In this document: positions 26,272 to 37,984 of the stretch, piece after piece
Layout of the letters: every line of letters starts with the position of its first letter
How positions within the stretch are numbered: position 1 is the first letter of the stretch
Origin: Podarcis melisellensis
Taxonomy: Eukaryota
Length of the DNA: 64,000 nt
Assembly: GCA_964234715.1 (NCBI GenBank)
Contig: OZ174277.1
Strand: one strand, 5' to 3'
Notes under the pieces: model-generated
The model's input: the letters and a program-made list of their open reading frames with translations, nothing else
Database searches by the model: none
What the model was told of the DNA's origin: nothing
Made by a program: the position numbers and the translations under genes

Positions 26272-28606
26272 AGCTTTTTATGCCATTTTCGTATCATAGG
26301 ACTTTAAATGTTATAAGCTTCCACTTCCCAACCATTCCAGAGATTCTTTTTCCCCTTTGGACAAGGAGATCTATGGTATATTTGTAATATTTTTTCTTAC
26401 AAGTGGAAGCAGCAACAAATATTGAGCAGAGGAGGAGACAAATGGAAGGCAGTCTACACAAGGTAGCATATCTGCCTCCTGCTCTGCCTCACAATTCCTT
26501 AACATGGACCACTCATCCTTGCCTTTGGGAACTCCTCCAAAGAGGATTCCTCTAGCAGGGGCAAGTTCAATTTCCAAGATGGATTTTTAAAGAATAAATT
26601 CTATTGAAATGGGGAGTGTTTCATTCGTCACTGGGAACGCCTCAGGCACTATCCAGCAGAGATACAATGATACGTATCAACTTAACAATGCTGGCTCTGC
26701 TTAACTTTGTTACACATTTTAGCAGATATCCACTATGAAACAACAAAGAGGTGGTTTGATCACCACAGGGATGATACAGAAAATAAGAAATAATGTGTAC
26801 CACAGACTGCAGAAGGACATGTGTTTTCACCTCTAGTAAGAGATCATTTGTACCCTGCCTCTGAGCTACAAGTCTACTATTTCTAGTTCAAACTCATCAA
26901 CACAAGTCCATCTGAATGTGGAGAAGCCACTATGGCTTCTGGTTGGGATGACACTGCGTTGATACTTCTGCACCTGCACATCTAAAGGGCCCGTAGTAAG
27001 CTGTTGGGTCCCACCAATAGTTGTTAGTTAACTAGCTAGAGTTCCATCCCTCCTGAGTAGGGCATGGAACCTGGGAGTTGGTCTACCTGGTGCTTGTCTG
27101 GCATTGTAGCTAAGTCCATCCAGAGATTATCCAGTGTTTGGACATGGAGACAGAACTCCATGTTTCTTTTGTAGATTTCTTTGTGCAGATAATGAATCTC
27201 AACTGACAGTCTTATTCTTTTTAAAAAAGCAGCATTCTAGTTATTAGTGGAGACAAGCTCGAAAAACCTGTGGGCATTGTTTGATGAAATCTCAGATGGT
27301 AAGGCAGAAAATGAGTTCTAGTTGTCATGGGGTGGAGTTTCTAATCCCATCCTCAATAACACGAGAAGCAGAATAAAGCCTGCAAAATAAACAAATAGAT
27401 GCAGCTTTGTGAGATTTATATAATTTACTCAAATCACATAAGTGGGCTTTTCTTGGCACAGAACTCAGGTTCTCTAGATGACAAATTTGGTTTTTTATTG
27501 GCAATGGTTATAAAGATGTGCCCATTTTTCTCCTCTGAAACACGTTTCCAACAGAATACCAGTTGCAGCTATGGTTCTTCTATTATTATGGGCCCATTAC
27601 GGGAGGTGCCAGTGGCTATAATTAGTTGGGGAAATTGATTTTGCAGGAAGCAAAGTGTGTGCTAGAGCATGGAGTGCAGGTCACAAGCAGGTTAGTTGCG
27701 AGCTATAATTGGAAAGCTAGGAACTGAGGATAGGCAGAAAGGGGAAAGAAAGACCAGTTGGCAGATCTAAATATATTTTAGTAGAGAAACTACCTATGCA
27801 CTTCTCAAAGGGTAGCTGATAGCCTTATGACAGGTCTCCTGGTTCTGAATAAAGGTAGCAGAGCTTTAAATTAACAGTGATTTGTGAGGGTGAAGAAATG
27901 AAAATGGGCTGGTTTTTTACGTGGCATCTTCATCTATATCCTTCCATGTAAGGTCAGGCAATGGCAAATTCTTAATGATCCGACGATAGCTACTGTCATC
28001 AGGAGAGTTACTTGAGACATAATGTAACTCCAAGCACCGAGGAATCAGGGAGGTGGGGAGATCCCAAGAACCATAATTTACCGAAAAGAAGAACTTTTTC
28101 ATTGGTTAAGTTTTGTTTTATTGCATGCAGAACCATTTCCTTTATCTCATAGCTTGGAACATTTGGGATGCCTGCTGGTTTGTCCTGCTGAAGGGCAGTT
28201 CTTCTGCTCCCATATCTCAGTGGTGGTAAGTGGGCTCTGCTACTACGCTAGGAGAGGGAGGTTTTGCTACCACCCTTCATCTACAGATCTCAGGCCAGTT
28301 CACAATGTGAAGAATGATTGTGGAGACTATCAGCCTGTTCTGGATAAGCCAACCTGTGTGTGGAAACAGGTTTCACTGCATGGCTTAGGTGATCTGTAAC
28401 CAAAGCAACATGTGATTCTGCAGGGGGTCAGGCTGCATCCAGCACATGGTGGTGGTACATGGAGCATGCACACTGTGTGCCCTGATTAAGATACTGTCAA
28501 TGTGGTCAATGTTGATAGCTTCAAGTAACTTCTGATAGGGCAAGATAAAAGCAAATAATGGTCCTAGCATAAACATTAGCTCTTAACCACATACTTTCCT
28601 TACAGG

Positions 28607-29105
28607 GAGGGATGAGTTTGTCAATTTTGACTTCTCTGAGTTTCTGTTTTTTTTCCAAATCTTATGTGCAGATCCACATTTCCAAACCAGTTTGCTCTTT
28701 CTTTCTTTTTAAAGAGCCCTAAAAAATATCACCAGCATTTTAGTGGGAATTGTAAACCACTTTGAGGGTATTTTTAAAAAAAGCAATAAGGTGGTGTATA
28801 AATTTTATGAAATAAATACTTTTCTCCCTTATTCAATTTTGCCCAATACAATCATTTTTGCAAAACAATTTCCCCCAGTAAAATGCATTTTTGTAAGTTC
28901 TTTGCACCAATATATACATTTTAAGGGACATTTTACCCTAGTATAGGCATTTTTCTACACATTACTTGGCTGGAGCCCTGCACTGCAAAAAATCAGAGAA
29001 GTATGAATTTGGAAAGATGGCTGTGTTTTAGAATGTACATTGTTTGGGAAAGTTCAGTTCATCTTTAAATACAAATTGAATTGAACTGAATTTCCCCCCA
29101 TCCCT
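28607..29105. mobile_element. Non-autonomous DNA transposon remnant (squamate family)
   Basis: AGGGATG / CATCCCT ends with partially self-complementary subterminal sequence (ttctctgagttt vs aaatcagagaa). Confidence 0.5.
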
Positions 29106-29242
29106 ACTTACAGATGACCAGCGATGCTACTTTGAATAATGCTAGCCACAGCTTAGAGGCGTTGGACACTGTGAAGCCATCAGTGGATACACTGACCTGA
29201 AATTTGCTTATGGTTTTCTGGATTTTGGTGTTTTAATATATA

Positions 29243-29424
29243 CTGTATTTACTCGAAGCTAATGCTCACCTTTTTTTGGGTCAAATTTCATTGCAAAAAT
29301 TAAGGTGCATATTAGATTCGATGGCACATTTACATTCACCAGCAAATACTTTTTTTGGTTTAAAGGTTCTGAAAATTGAGGTGTGCATTAGATTCAATGG
29401 TGCGTTAGATTTGAGTAAATGTGG
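29243..29424. mobile_element. Tc1/mariner-pogo-type MITE
   Basis: TA TSD; imperfect TIR CTGTATTTACTCGAA / TTTGAGTAAATGTGG; internal direct repeat of attagattcratgg. Confidence 0.75.
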
Positions 29425-29904
29425 TAATTTTTTTATTCCTTTGCAAGGTGAGTGGTCCTATGCCTATTAATCTGGAAGCAAAATCTAAGGTAAAACTGCT
29501 TCTGCATAGCTGGAGGTGTGCAGAAATAAACTGGTCTGTAAATTAAAAATCAATTAAAAAAACCCCAGGAACAACCTTATGCCCAGAGGCCCAGTGAGAG
29601 TCCAAGATCTATAGAAAGCTTGGGGGCAGTTGAGCAACAGACAGCTGGGGGTGTCAGTTGGATGGGGTGCAGGAGAAAATGATGGGGGAACTGGATGCGT
29701 TGAGTCCTCAGATTTTATTACTTATTTCCTGGATGGGTGATTAAGGATCGGTAGATGCACATGATGAGTTTAAAACCTCACCTCCACACATTATACGGCA
29801 ATGTTTTATAAGAAATGAAAATTTAAAGGACAGTTTTTCCAGGTTGAAATCCTGAACAGGGAAGCTTCTGTTAGGGGTTGGGAATACAGTGCAGCATTTT
29901 TGTT

Positions 29905-30342
29905 TCTGGGCCCAATCCCAAGTGCTGGTTTTGACCTATAAAGCCTTAAGTGGCTCAGGACCGCCTCTTTCCATGTGAACCCACTTGGACTCTGAGATCA
30001 TCTTCTGAAGCCCTTCTTCCTGGGCTTCTTCCACAAGAGGTCCAGAGGGTGGCAACACGAGAATGGGCCTTTTCTGCAGTGGCTCCACATTTGTGGAATG
30101 CTCTCCTGAGGGAGGTTTGCCTGGTGCTTTTGTTATACACCTTTAGGCGCCAGGCAAAAACGTTCCTCTTTAATGTTGATTGACATCCTATGCCCTTTTA
30201 AAAATTGTTGGGAGGGGTTATTGGGTTATTTTTATTATATATTTTGTGGTTTTATATTCTTATTTTATCCTGTGAACTGCCCTGAGACCTGTGGGTATAG
30301 GGTGGTACACAAAAATTATTGTTGTTGTTGTTGTTGTTGTTG
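29905..30342 (+). mobile_element. L2-clade LINE 3' end (ORF2 C-terminal remnant, 3' UTR, (TTG)n tail)
   Basis: Remnant peptide LRSSSEALL...AFSAVAPHLWNAL...FRRQAKTFLF, typical of L2 ORF2 ends; tgtgaactgccctgag...tagggtggta tail. Confidence 0.8.
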
Positions 30343-30795
30343 AGGGCTATACTTGCTCCCTCTTAATATTAAACGTGAGTGATTCTGTACCTATCTGGTT
30401 AGGAAGCCAAACAGGATAATCCAAGAATAGATCAGGGATACTGCATACTCAGGGGACTCCTAAGATACACAGAAGTAAACAAGTTTAAAGACAGAAGGAA
30501 AACAGGAAAAAATGGACTGAAAACGGTTGGAAGGTTCTATGTCCCTTGAGAATATTGAAAGAAGTTGAACCACATTATGTGGAAGATGTCAGTTGGCAGA
30601 ACAAAACAAAAACAAGATGGAGGTCTGGAGAGAGGGAATTGGTCTGTTTAAGTCTCTAAATAATTTAAGAGCAGGGAGGTGGTGCTTAGGGTCAGGCAGA
30701 TGCATGCCATCAGGTTTGTGGTTCCTATGCTCTATGGGAAAGTTTCAGAAGAAGAAAAGGGCAGTGCTTTCTTTAAAAAAAAAAGTTTAGGGGTA

Positions 30796-30958
30796 CAGTG
30801 GTACCTCAGGTTAAATACTTAATTCGTTCTGGAGGTCCGTTCTTAACATGAAACTGTTCTTAACGTGAAGCACTACTTTAGCTAATGGGGCCTCCTGCTG
30901 CTGCAGTGCCGCCTGAAGCGTATGTAACCTGAAGCGTTTGTAACCCAAGGTACCACTG
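30796..30958. mobile_element. Tigger/pogo-type MITE
   Basis: TA TSD; TIR CAGTGGTACCTCAGGTTA / TAACCCAAGGTACCACTG. Confidence 0.88.
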
Positions 30959-32730
30959 TACTCTCATTTTCCTACTCGTATTGAAATACTGCCCCTCAAT
31001 GAGGCCGAACTTAGATTCACAACATGTTTAGGGGTATCTGTACCCCTGCGTACCCCCAGAAAAAAGCAGTGGACAAGGGTAACCTTTTTCTCCTTAGGTT
31101 CAGGAGTTGGACCAGGTTTTTTGTACTATATATAGCCACAGCTCCTGAGGGCAAAAGCAACTGAAGGAGGCAGGGAGCAGAAGCTCCTCCTCCTCTCCTC
31201 CCTGTTCTCTTCTTTCTGAGAATGCAAGTCAGCTGCTGAAGCCTTCCTATATTTGTTCATAACCAAACCATACCATCCAACATTGATTTCCATTTCCCTT
31301 TTAGTCTTAAGGAGACAGCAATTCTCCAGGGCTACAAAGTGGACCCCACCCTGCAATGGTGCAGGAGAGGCTAAACACGCCTGGCTTTGGCACAGGGTTC
31401 ATCCTGCACTTCGGCCTACTTTTGTTTTGTGCCTCCCCTCTGTAGCTTAGTGGGCTCTGTCAGGCAATGCTACATACAAAGAATTGGGGTTTTTGAGAGG
31501 AGAGAGATTTGTTATGGACTTTAACAGTTGCATATTCTCCTCCTTCAGGCTTCACAACATTTTAAGGCTGGCTATGTCACTGGGGTAAAAGGAAGAACGA
31601 TGTGGGTGTACTTACAGCCTCCAAGCCACTCAAGATGGCCGCCATGTGGCTCTGCTGTCAGAGCAGAATAGCAGTGGTGGGGATGTGCCAAGAGGTGTGG
31701 AGGCTGGAGGCAAGTGCTAAATTACAGAGGCCACAGAGTTAGTAATTATCCATGGATTAATAAATGAATATAGTTAGGTACAGTATTCCGAAATATCAGA
31801 AAGCTGCTTTGCTGCAAGATGACTCAGAGGGGAGCGAGGCTTTCTTTAACAGGTGCAAGGAAAAGACAAAAAAATAGAGAAGCAAATCTTCCCTTTCAAA
31901 TTCTGTGGTAAGAGGCATGCTAATATGCTAGGACAATGTGCTTAATTATATGTAAAGTGGAGATGGAACATGAGGTGAGGCCACTGATTTTAAAAGTGAG
32001 ACATCTGGAGCATAACAAGGGAGATGCAGGCTGTTATTTCATAATGGGTAATATAAAAAAATATAATGCCATGCATTTCAGGACTTAACTATGATAATTA
32101 ATCAGATTTTATACAGCCATATTTTTTTTTAAACTGCATAAAGTAGGGTTGCACGAGGTAGGCTCTGCCCAGAATAATACTGCCAAAATTAGACTTTTGT
32201 TTCAAAAGGTCTCCCTTCCTCACTTCTTTGGACTGTCTGGTTTAAATAATGTTAGTTAGTATACAGTGTTTCTGAGGTGGGTAGGCCTGTCAGCTAAGCA
32301 ACTAAGGGCTAATTGTAATGTTATATTCAAATAGATGTGCTAAAGACAAAAGTATGGAAATTGGTAAAAACAAACAAACAAACAAATGTTCTGAAACAAC
32401 AATTGTGAGGCTTAACACACATTTAATAGAGCAGCACTAAAAGACTCATGGCAGAGAAACCAGTGATGTTGGATCTGTGGAGAAGTCTGCCCCTTTTACA
32501 AATTCTAGCTTGCTAGACTCAATGCCCTCATTGACATACATATAGGGCAACACCACGCCCACAATGCTCCTCTCTCTCCTTCCTATAGAATTTTTGTTGA
32601 GATAAATGTATCTCATTGGTTATCTGCATCCCATCAGGACTGCATTATGCTTGCTATATCAATGCTGTGCTCTAAGACCAAGTTCACTCATCTTGGCCTG
32701 GAGGCTTCTAGCCTACCATATAAGCTATAT

Positions 32731-32791
32731 AAGTGCAAAAGACACTTAGAGGGACTCATTATATGAGTCCCTCTAAGTGTCTTTTGCACTT
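32731..32791. repeat. Perfect 29-bp inverted repeat with 3-nt spacer
   Basis: aagtgcaaaagacacttagagggactcat-tat-atgagtccctctaagtgtcttttgcactt. Confidence 0.98.
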
Positions 32792-35700
32792 GTGTTTTAG
32801 GCTACAGTGCTTTGGCTCTCTGAATATAATGTGCCCTTGCACTCTGAAAGTCTAGTTTTACTCTTCCCCTATTTAAATCACCACAATTTGATCACCTTCA
32901 TCCTTATTATCCCAGGGGGAATTGTTCCAAACCAGACATTCCTCAGCTGCCATGTCTTTTGCCCCACAATCAACTCCCTGGGAAGAAGAAAAAGTATTGT
33001 AAAGTGTAATGTTGCAATACTAAAGCAAGATTCAGTGCCTATTCAGTGGGGCAGAGCAGCTCATCTCAGGATCCATACTGGAGCCAAAGTCATCATTTTG
33101 GTCAGCAAGTAATAGGGGAGCTAGCTCACATAGGGACTAGTAGGAATTGACTTTTAGGCTTTAGAAAACATACAACCCAATATATATCTAATTCAGTCCT
33201 TTCTAAGCTTTTTGGAAATGCATTCCGGAGATTAAATTTTGTCTCTAAGAAACCCAGTCAGTGGGATTAATCCCTTATCTAAAAAGTGAAAATATTTGTT
33301 TGCTGTAGAGTAAATATGGCAACACAGACAGGAATATTGCCTCAAAGATTCATAGGACAGGGTGTTAAGTGTTTATTAGAATCTGCTAATGTCTTTGAAA
33401 ACAAAATGCAATCTTGAGAAATGACCAAGCTAAAGCAATTGAATAAGTATATTCTTCATAACGCTACTGACCAGCAACCTTCACCACTGGATCAGGCTAA
33501 TTCATGTGGAGTATAACCATACCACAACTAGTTAACATTGGCGGTGGCATGGGCAGCTCTAAACAGCATGGTGAATGATATAACTAGAAACATATTACAT
33601 GTCAACTTTCCATTTGGAGGTGATCTCAAAAGAAAGTACTGGCAGTTGGCCTCTATGTGGACTGACAGAACATACAGCCTGATCCTAAGACCAAAGTTCA
33701 AAAAGTAAAGCTTTGGTCATCTCTTCAGTTGTCTCCTGTTCTAATCCCTCACCCACTTTCCTTCAATACAACATATTCTCAATGACTGCCATAGAATGCT
33801 CTATTTTTATTTGAAAAATGGATATAGAAAAGAGACATGTGTTTGCTATTGAGAGACCCTGCTCTGTCAAAGTGGCAAAAAAGGGCTTCAGGGCACAGCC
33901 CAAGAAGACTCAAGTGTTGTTGGTATTGGATTATTTCAGAGGTATCTCTCTGCTGTTTCTTTGTTGTCTTTCCTTTCTTTTTTGGGCAATTGAAAAAGAA
34001 GGACACATGCATACAGAGGTAGATTCCTTTGCTCTTAACACATGAAAGCCAAATGTCATAAAGAGAATGTAAGCAGGTTACAATAGCAGCGAATGAAAAT
34101 CATTTCACCTCCGGACTTCCTGCTGGTCAGTGATGTCTTGGTGTGCAAAAATATCTTCTTTTGTGTGAATGAGTAGGAAACGATCTGGCTCAAAGCCAAC
34201 ACAATTATTGTACAGTTAAACAGTAAATTTGCTCGTGTATCAATTCCTTCATATCTTGTTTGTCCTGAAGGAATGCTCCTTTTCTTAAAAGAATTAACTT
34301 CCCGATCCTAACACATATTAAGAAACACTTACCTTTGTTTTTAACAATTTATCTGGCAGCCCTATACAGCATTTTAGATCATCTATACAAACTTGCTCAG
34401 ATGAGCTGAAAGAGCAATTAATAAGCAGAAACCATCCTATAATTATTCTTTCCAATCCACTGCTGGTGATATGTAAGACTTTCCCAACTGGGGCTCTCCA
34501 AATGTTTTGGACTACAACTCCCATCAGCCCAAGCTAGCATGACCAATGGTCAGGGACAGCTGTCCAATACTTCTCCAGGGCACCAAGTTGGAGAAGGCAA
34601 GTTTACACATCAGCAGCTTACAAAACACGTTTAGTTGATTACAGCATCCCCCCAAAAGCCCCTTTATTTAGAGCACACACTGCACAGTGTTTTTCTTTCC
34701 AGTTGGTGCCATTTCACAATTTCACTTTTTGATGGCTAATCTGTTAAAACCATTTTGACCACAATTATAGAGTGGTGGAGCAGGTCAAATCTACTCCATG
34801 GACCAGCAACCCCGATGAAATTGATATGGTTCTTTCTTCATAGTCAGCACCATTCAAGTGTTTTTTAGCCATGCTTAAACGGCGCATTGAGGGTTTTTTT
34901 TTACCCCAGTCATATCTTAACTACTTAATCAGTGCAGTACAAACAGACATAACAAAGACAGAAAGAGTGGAGGTCAAGTATGGGTTTTGAAAACAGGCTG
35001 AAGCCATGCAAAACTTCTTTGTATAACCTAGCTAAGAAGTTAGAAGAGCCTTAGTAGAGCTCCCCACCATTGAGTGGTTTTTAAAAATAGCTGTCTAAAT
35101 CTGCTTCTGTGCAGTTACAAGTGGGCTATAATTTAACATATATTTCTGAATGCATTGTTATGCAAGAGACAAAGAGGAGAGACTGTTACTATGGGCGATA
35201 TAAGAGTGAATAGATTACAGCAGAAGAAGGAAAAATTACTTTTTGTGACACAAGGGAGTCACGTTTCAAACCTGGATGATAATAGTATGTACTTTGCCTG
35301 TCCATTAAATTATCTTCTTTATTAATGTGTTAGAGCAAGTTATACGAACAAGATTATCAGGATGCCTACTGGGATAACATATTTTCCAGGAGTCCCATAG
35401 TGACTAAAAATGGAGAAAAAATTGAGAAATATGCAGGAGCTCCTAACCAAGTCAGCATTTAAGATGAAACAGCAATCAGAGTGTCTTTTTATAGGAAAGG
35501 AGTAATTCTCGAGATATGCCCCTTAAGGCCCTGTTCTGTAAGACCTCTTAACACTTTTGGTGAGAGTTCTGAGCAGCAATTCATTCTTTGCCAAAGCAAT
35601 GTGAAAGTCACTTCTCTGTTGCTACAACTCTGGAAAGAGATGAATAACCACCAATGATTTACTTCCTTCCCAGATGAATGCCATTCTTACAAAGGGTGAT

Positions 35701-36311
35701 GTTAGTGTGGGAAGGAACTATGCCATTGGCTTTGCCACCAATGGTTTCTGAATTGTTTCCCATAAAATAATCTGAAGTCATTTAACAATAAAAGCATCAA
35801 CATTAAGACATATATAAAACAAGTTCAGGTTCAATAGAGATACAAAAATGGGACAAAAATCTTCACTTAGAATGTGTTCTGGGAAAAGGAAGGTCTTCAA
35901 TAGGTGCCCGCCGAATCTGAGGGAATTCCAAAGGGTAAGTGCTGAAGGCTTGATTCCGACACCATACAGAATGGACTTCCTGATGAGATAGTATCTGTAT
36001 TCATCCAATGTTTCTGGAGCAGTAGGGAAAGAATACATTGCAAAGTGGATCCTTTGCTGCTGCCTCATTCATTTCCATGAGAGGACCAAATTTGTACATT
36101 CAAAGAAATATGCTTGCAAATCTGCTTCCACCATTAAGATGCATGTGGCAGTTGTTGTGAGTGAATTATTATTGAAGCTCCTTTGACCAAATAAACAAAA
36201 AAACAACACTGGATCAAGCTTCTGGATGCCTATAAAGAGTATGATCGGAGTATAAGTTGGCTCTTTCCTACTAATTGCTGCCAGATATAAATATATTTTA
36301 CCAATGGTTAT

Positions 36312-36317
36312 TTTATT
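36312..36317 (-). terminator. Candidate polyadenylation signal AATAAA of ARID1B
   Basis: tttatt on + strand; repeat-derived sequence (L2-like) resumes ~300 bp further downstream. Confidence 0.45.
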
Positions 36318-36573
36318 CAAAATCTTACTTCCATCCTTGAATGTAGCATCCTCTATGGACATACAGTGGAAATGATCAGCAGGTAACTCTCATTTGCTTT
36401 TTGTAAGTCAAAAAATTCCACCATTTTGGTCTGCTTTTTGCAAATACAGACTAGCAGCCAGTATTTCTGTGCTTGTTGCAACATCAGATTAAAATACTTC
36501 ATGCTCAACCATCACAGCTAAGAGGAAAATAGTAAGCTTCCCTCTTACCAACTGAACTGGTTTGACCTTATGG

Positions 36574-36730
36574 NNNNNNNNNNNNNNNNNNNNNNNNNNN
36601 NNNNNNNNNNNNNNNNNNNNNNNNNNNNNNNNNNNNNNNNNNNNNNNNNNNNNNNNNNNNNNNNNNNNNNNNNNNNNNNNNNNNNNNNNNNNNNNNNNNN
36701 NNNNNNNNNNNNNNNNNNNNNNNNNNNNNN
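36574..36730. other. Assembly gap (157 N)
   Basis: Run of N. Confidence 1.
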
Positions 36731-37984
36731 TCTTTTTTTAAACTACATTATTTTGAAATACAAATGCGGATTCTTCTCACTGAAAAATCTTTGAAGTTGT
36801 TTTTCTTCCTTTTTTCCTGTATAAGTATTATTTTTCCTGTAGACTGGTAACCAATTTCTTAAATCAATCCATAAGTAACCATTTCCACATCTTGATTTAT
36901 AAAGCAAGTTGTGAGCAACTGCTCTCCCGAAATAGAGCATGACTTTATACATACAGAAACTTGTACATTACCCTCGTGGTGGTGTTTTTCTGTTACTGTT
37001 TTTTAGAGACATGGCCCGAACAAAATAATAATAATAATAATAATTATAATAATAATAATAAAATTAAGTCTACCATCACTTTGTAGTTACCACATCATGA
37101 AAAAAAAATCCTTGTACGTATTTAAAAAAAGAGAGATGAGGGTATGTTTAATGTACAACTTCTATATACATCACGGCCCTTAGGCAATAAAAAAATATTT
37201 AAAATGATTAAAAGAATTGTGAAGAACTGTCACTGTGGAAGGTCAAACAATAGATACTGATGTGACAGTTCTGGTGAGGAAGCAATTCATGTTGATCGTC
37301 TTCAGGTTTGTGTTTTAACTTTCCTAAAGAATTTGTTTTGCTCCTAGCCTAATGTAACCATTCTCCTGCAGAGAAACCAAGATAATTTCATATGCAGACT
37401 ACGGACCGACCCCCTTCCTTGATCCGCTACACCTACATCACTAACTTTCTTCTATTGCACAGAGTGCTTTGGGCAACGGCATAAAGGGTGGTTGGGTTTT
37501 CTTTCATTCTTCAAAAATAAAACACACAGTAACTTAGTATATTTCCCCCACTTTTGCGCTTCAGAGTGGTGAGCCTTCCCCCCCGCCTCTCAAATCATGT
37601 TTTGCAACATTTTAACCCTCAGTATCCCTAGTTTGCTTCCCCTCCCAAAAAATATGTGATACAAACATGCAAAAAATAAAAAATATTTTTTTTTGAAAAG
37701 GATATCTATGGAAAAGAAGTGTGACCTTTGAATGTACTAGACAGACTTTGGTTAAAAAAATAAAATAAAAAGATGTACTTATACACATAGACAGCAAATA
37801 TTAATTCCATAACTGTTCAAATTAATATTTTTTTTTTAATTCCCAATTGGTAAATAGTGAATGGGGCAGAGGAGCAAAGATTCTTTTTTTCCTTCTTCCT
37901 ACACTGGATAAACAAGTACAGAAAACAGCCAGTTATATGTGACCCTCTAATCTCCACTCACACATTCTTGGCTTCTCACTTATG

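Larger units (their letters stand above)
36295..37984 (-). other. ARID1B: ARID1B 3' UTR (distal end approximate; interrupted by a gap)
   Basis: AT-rich, TE-poor sequence downstream of the stop codon, with U-rich tracts on the minus strand and a candidate AATAAA at 36312-36317. Confidence 0.6.

Noticed and set aside
1-36000. Exons of TMEM242, the convergent downstream neighbour in human
   Set aside because: No matching peptide recognised in this interval; probably outside the window, though small exons could be missed by eye.
36570-36794. ORF with an X run
   Set aside because: Artefact of the N gap.
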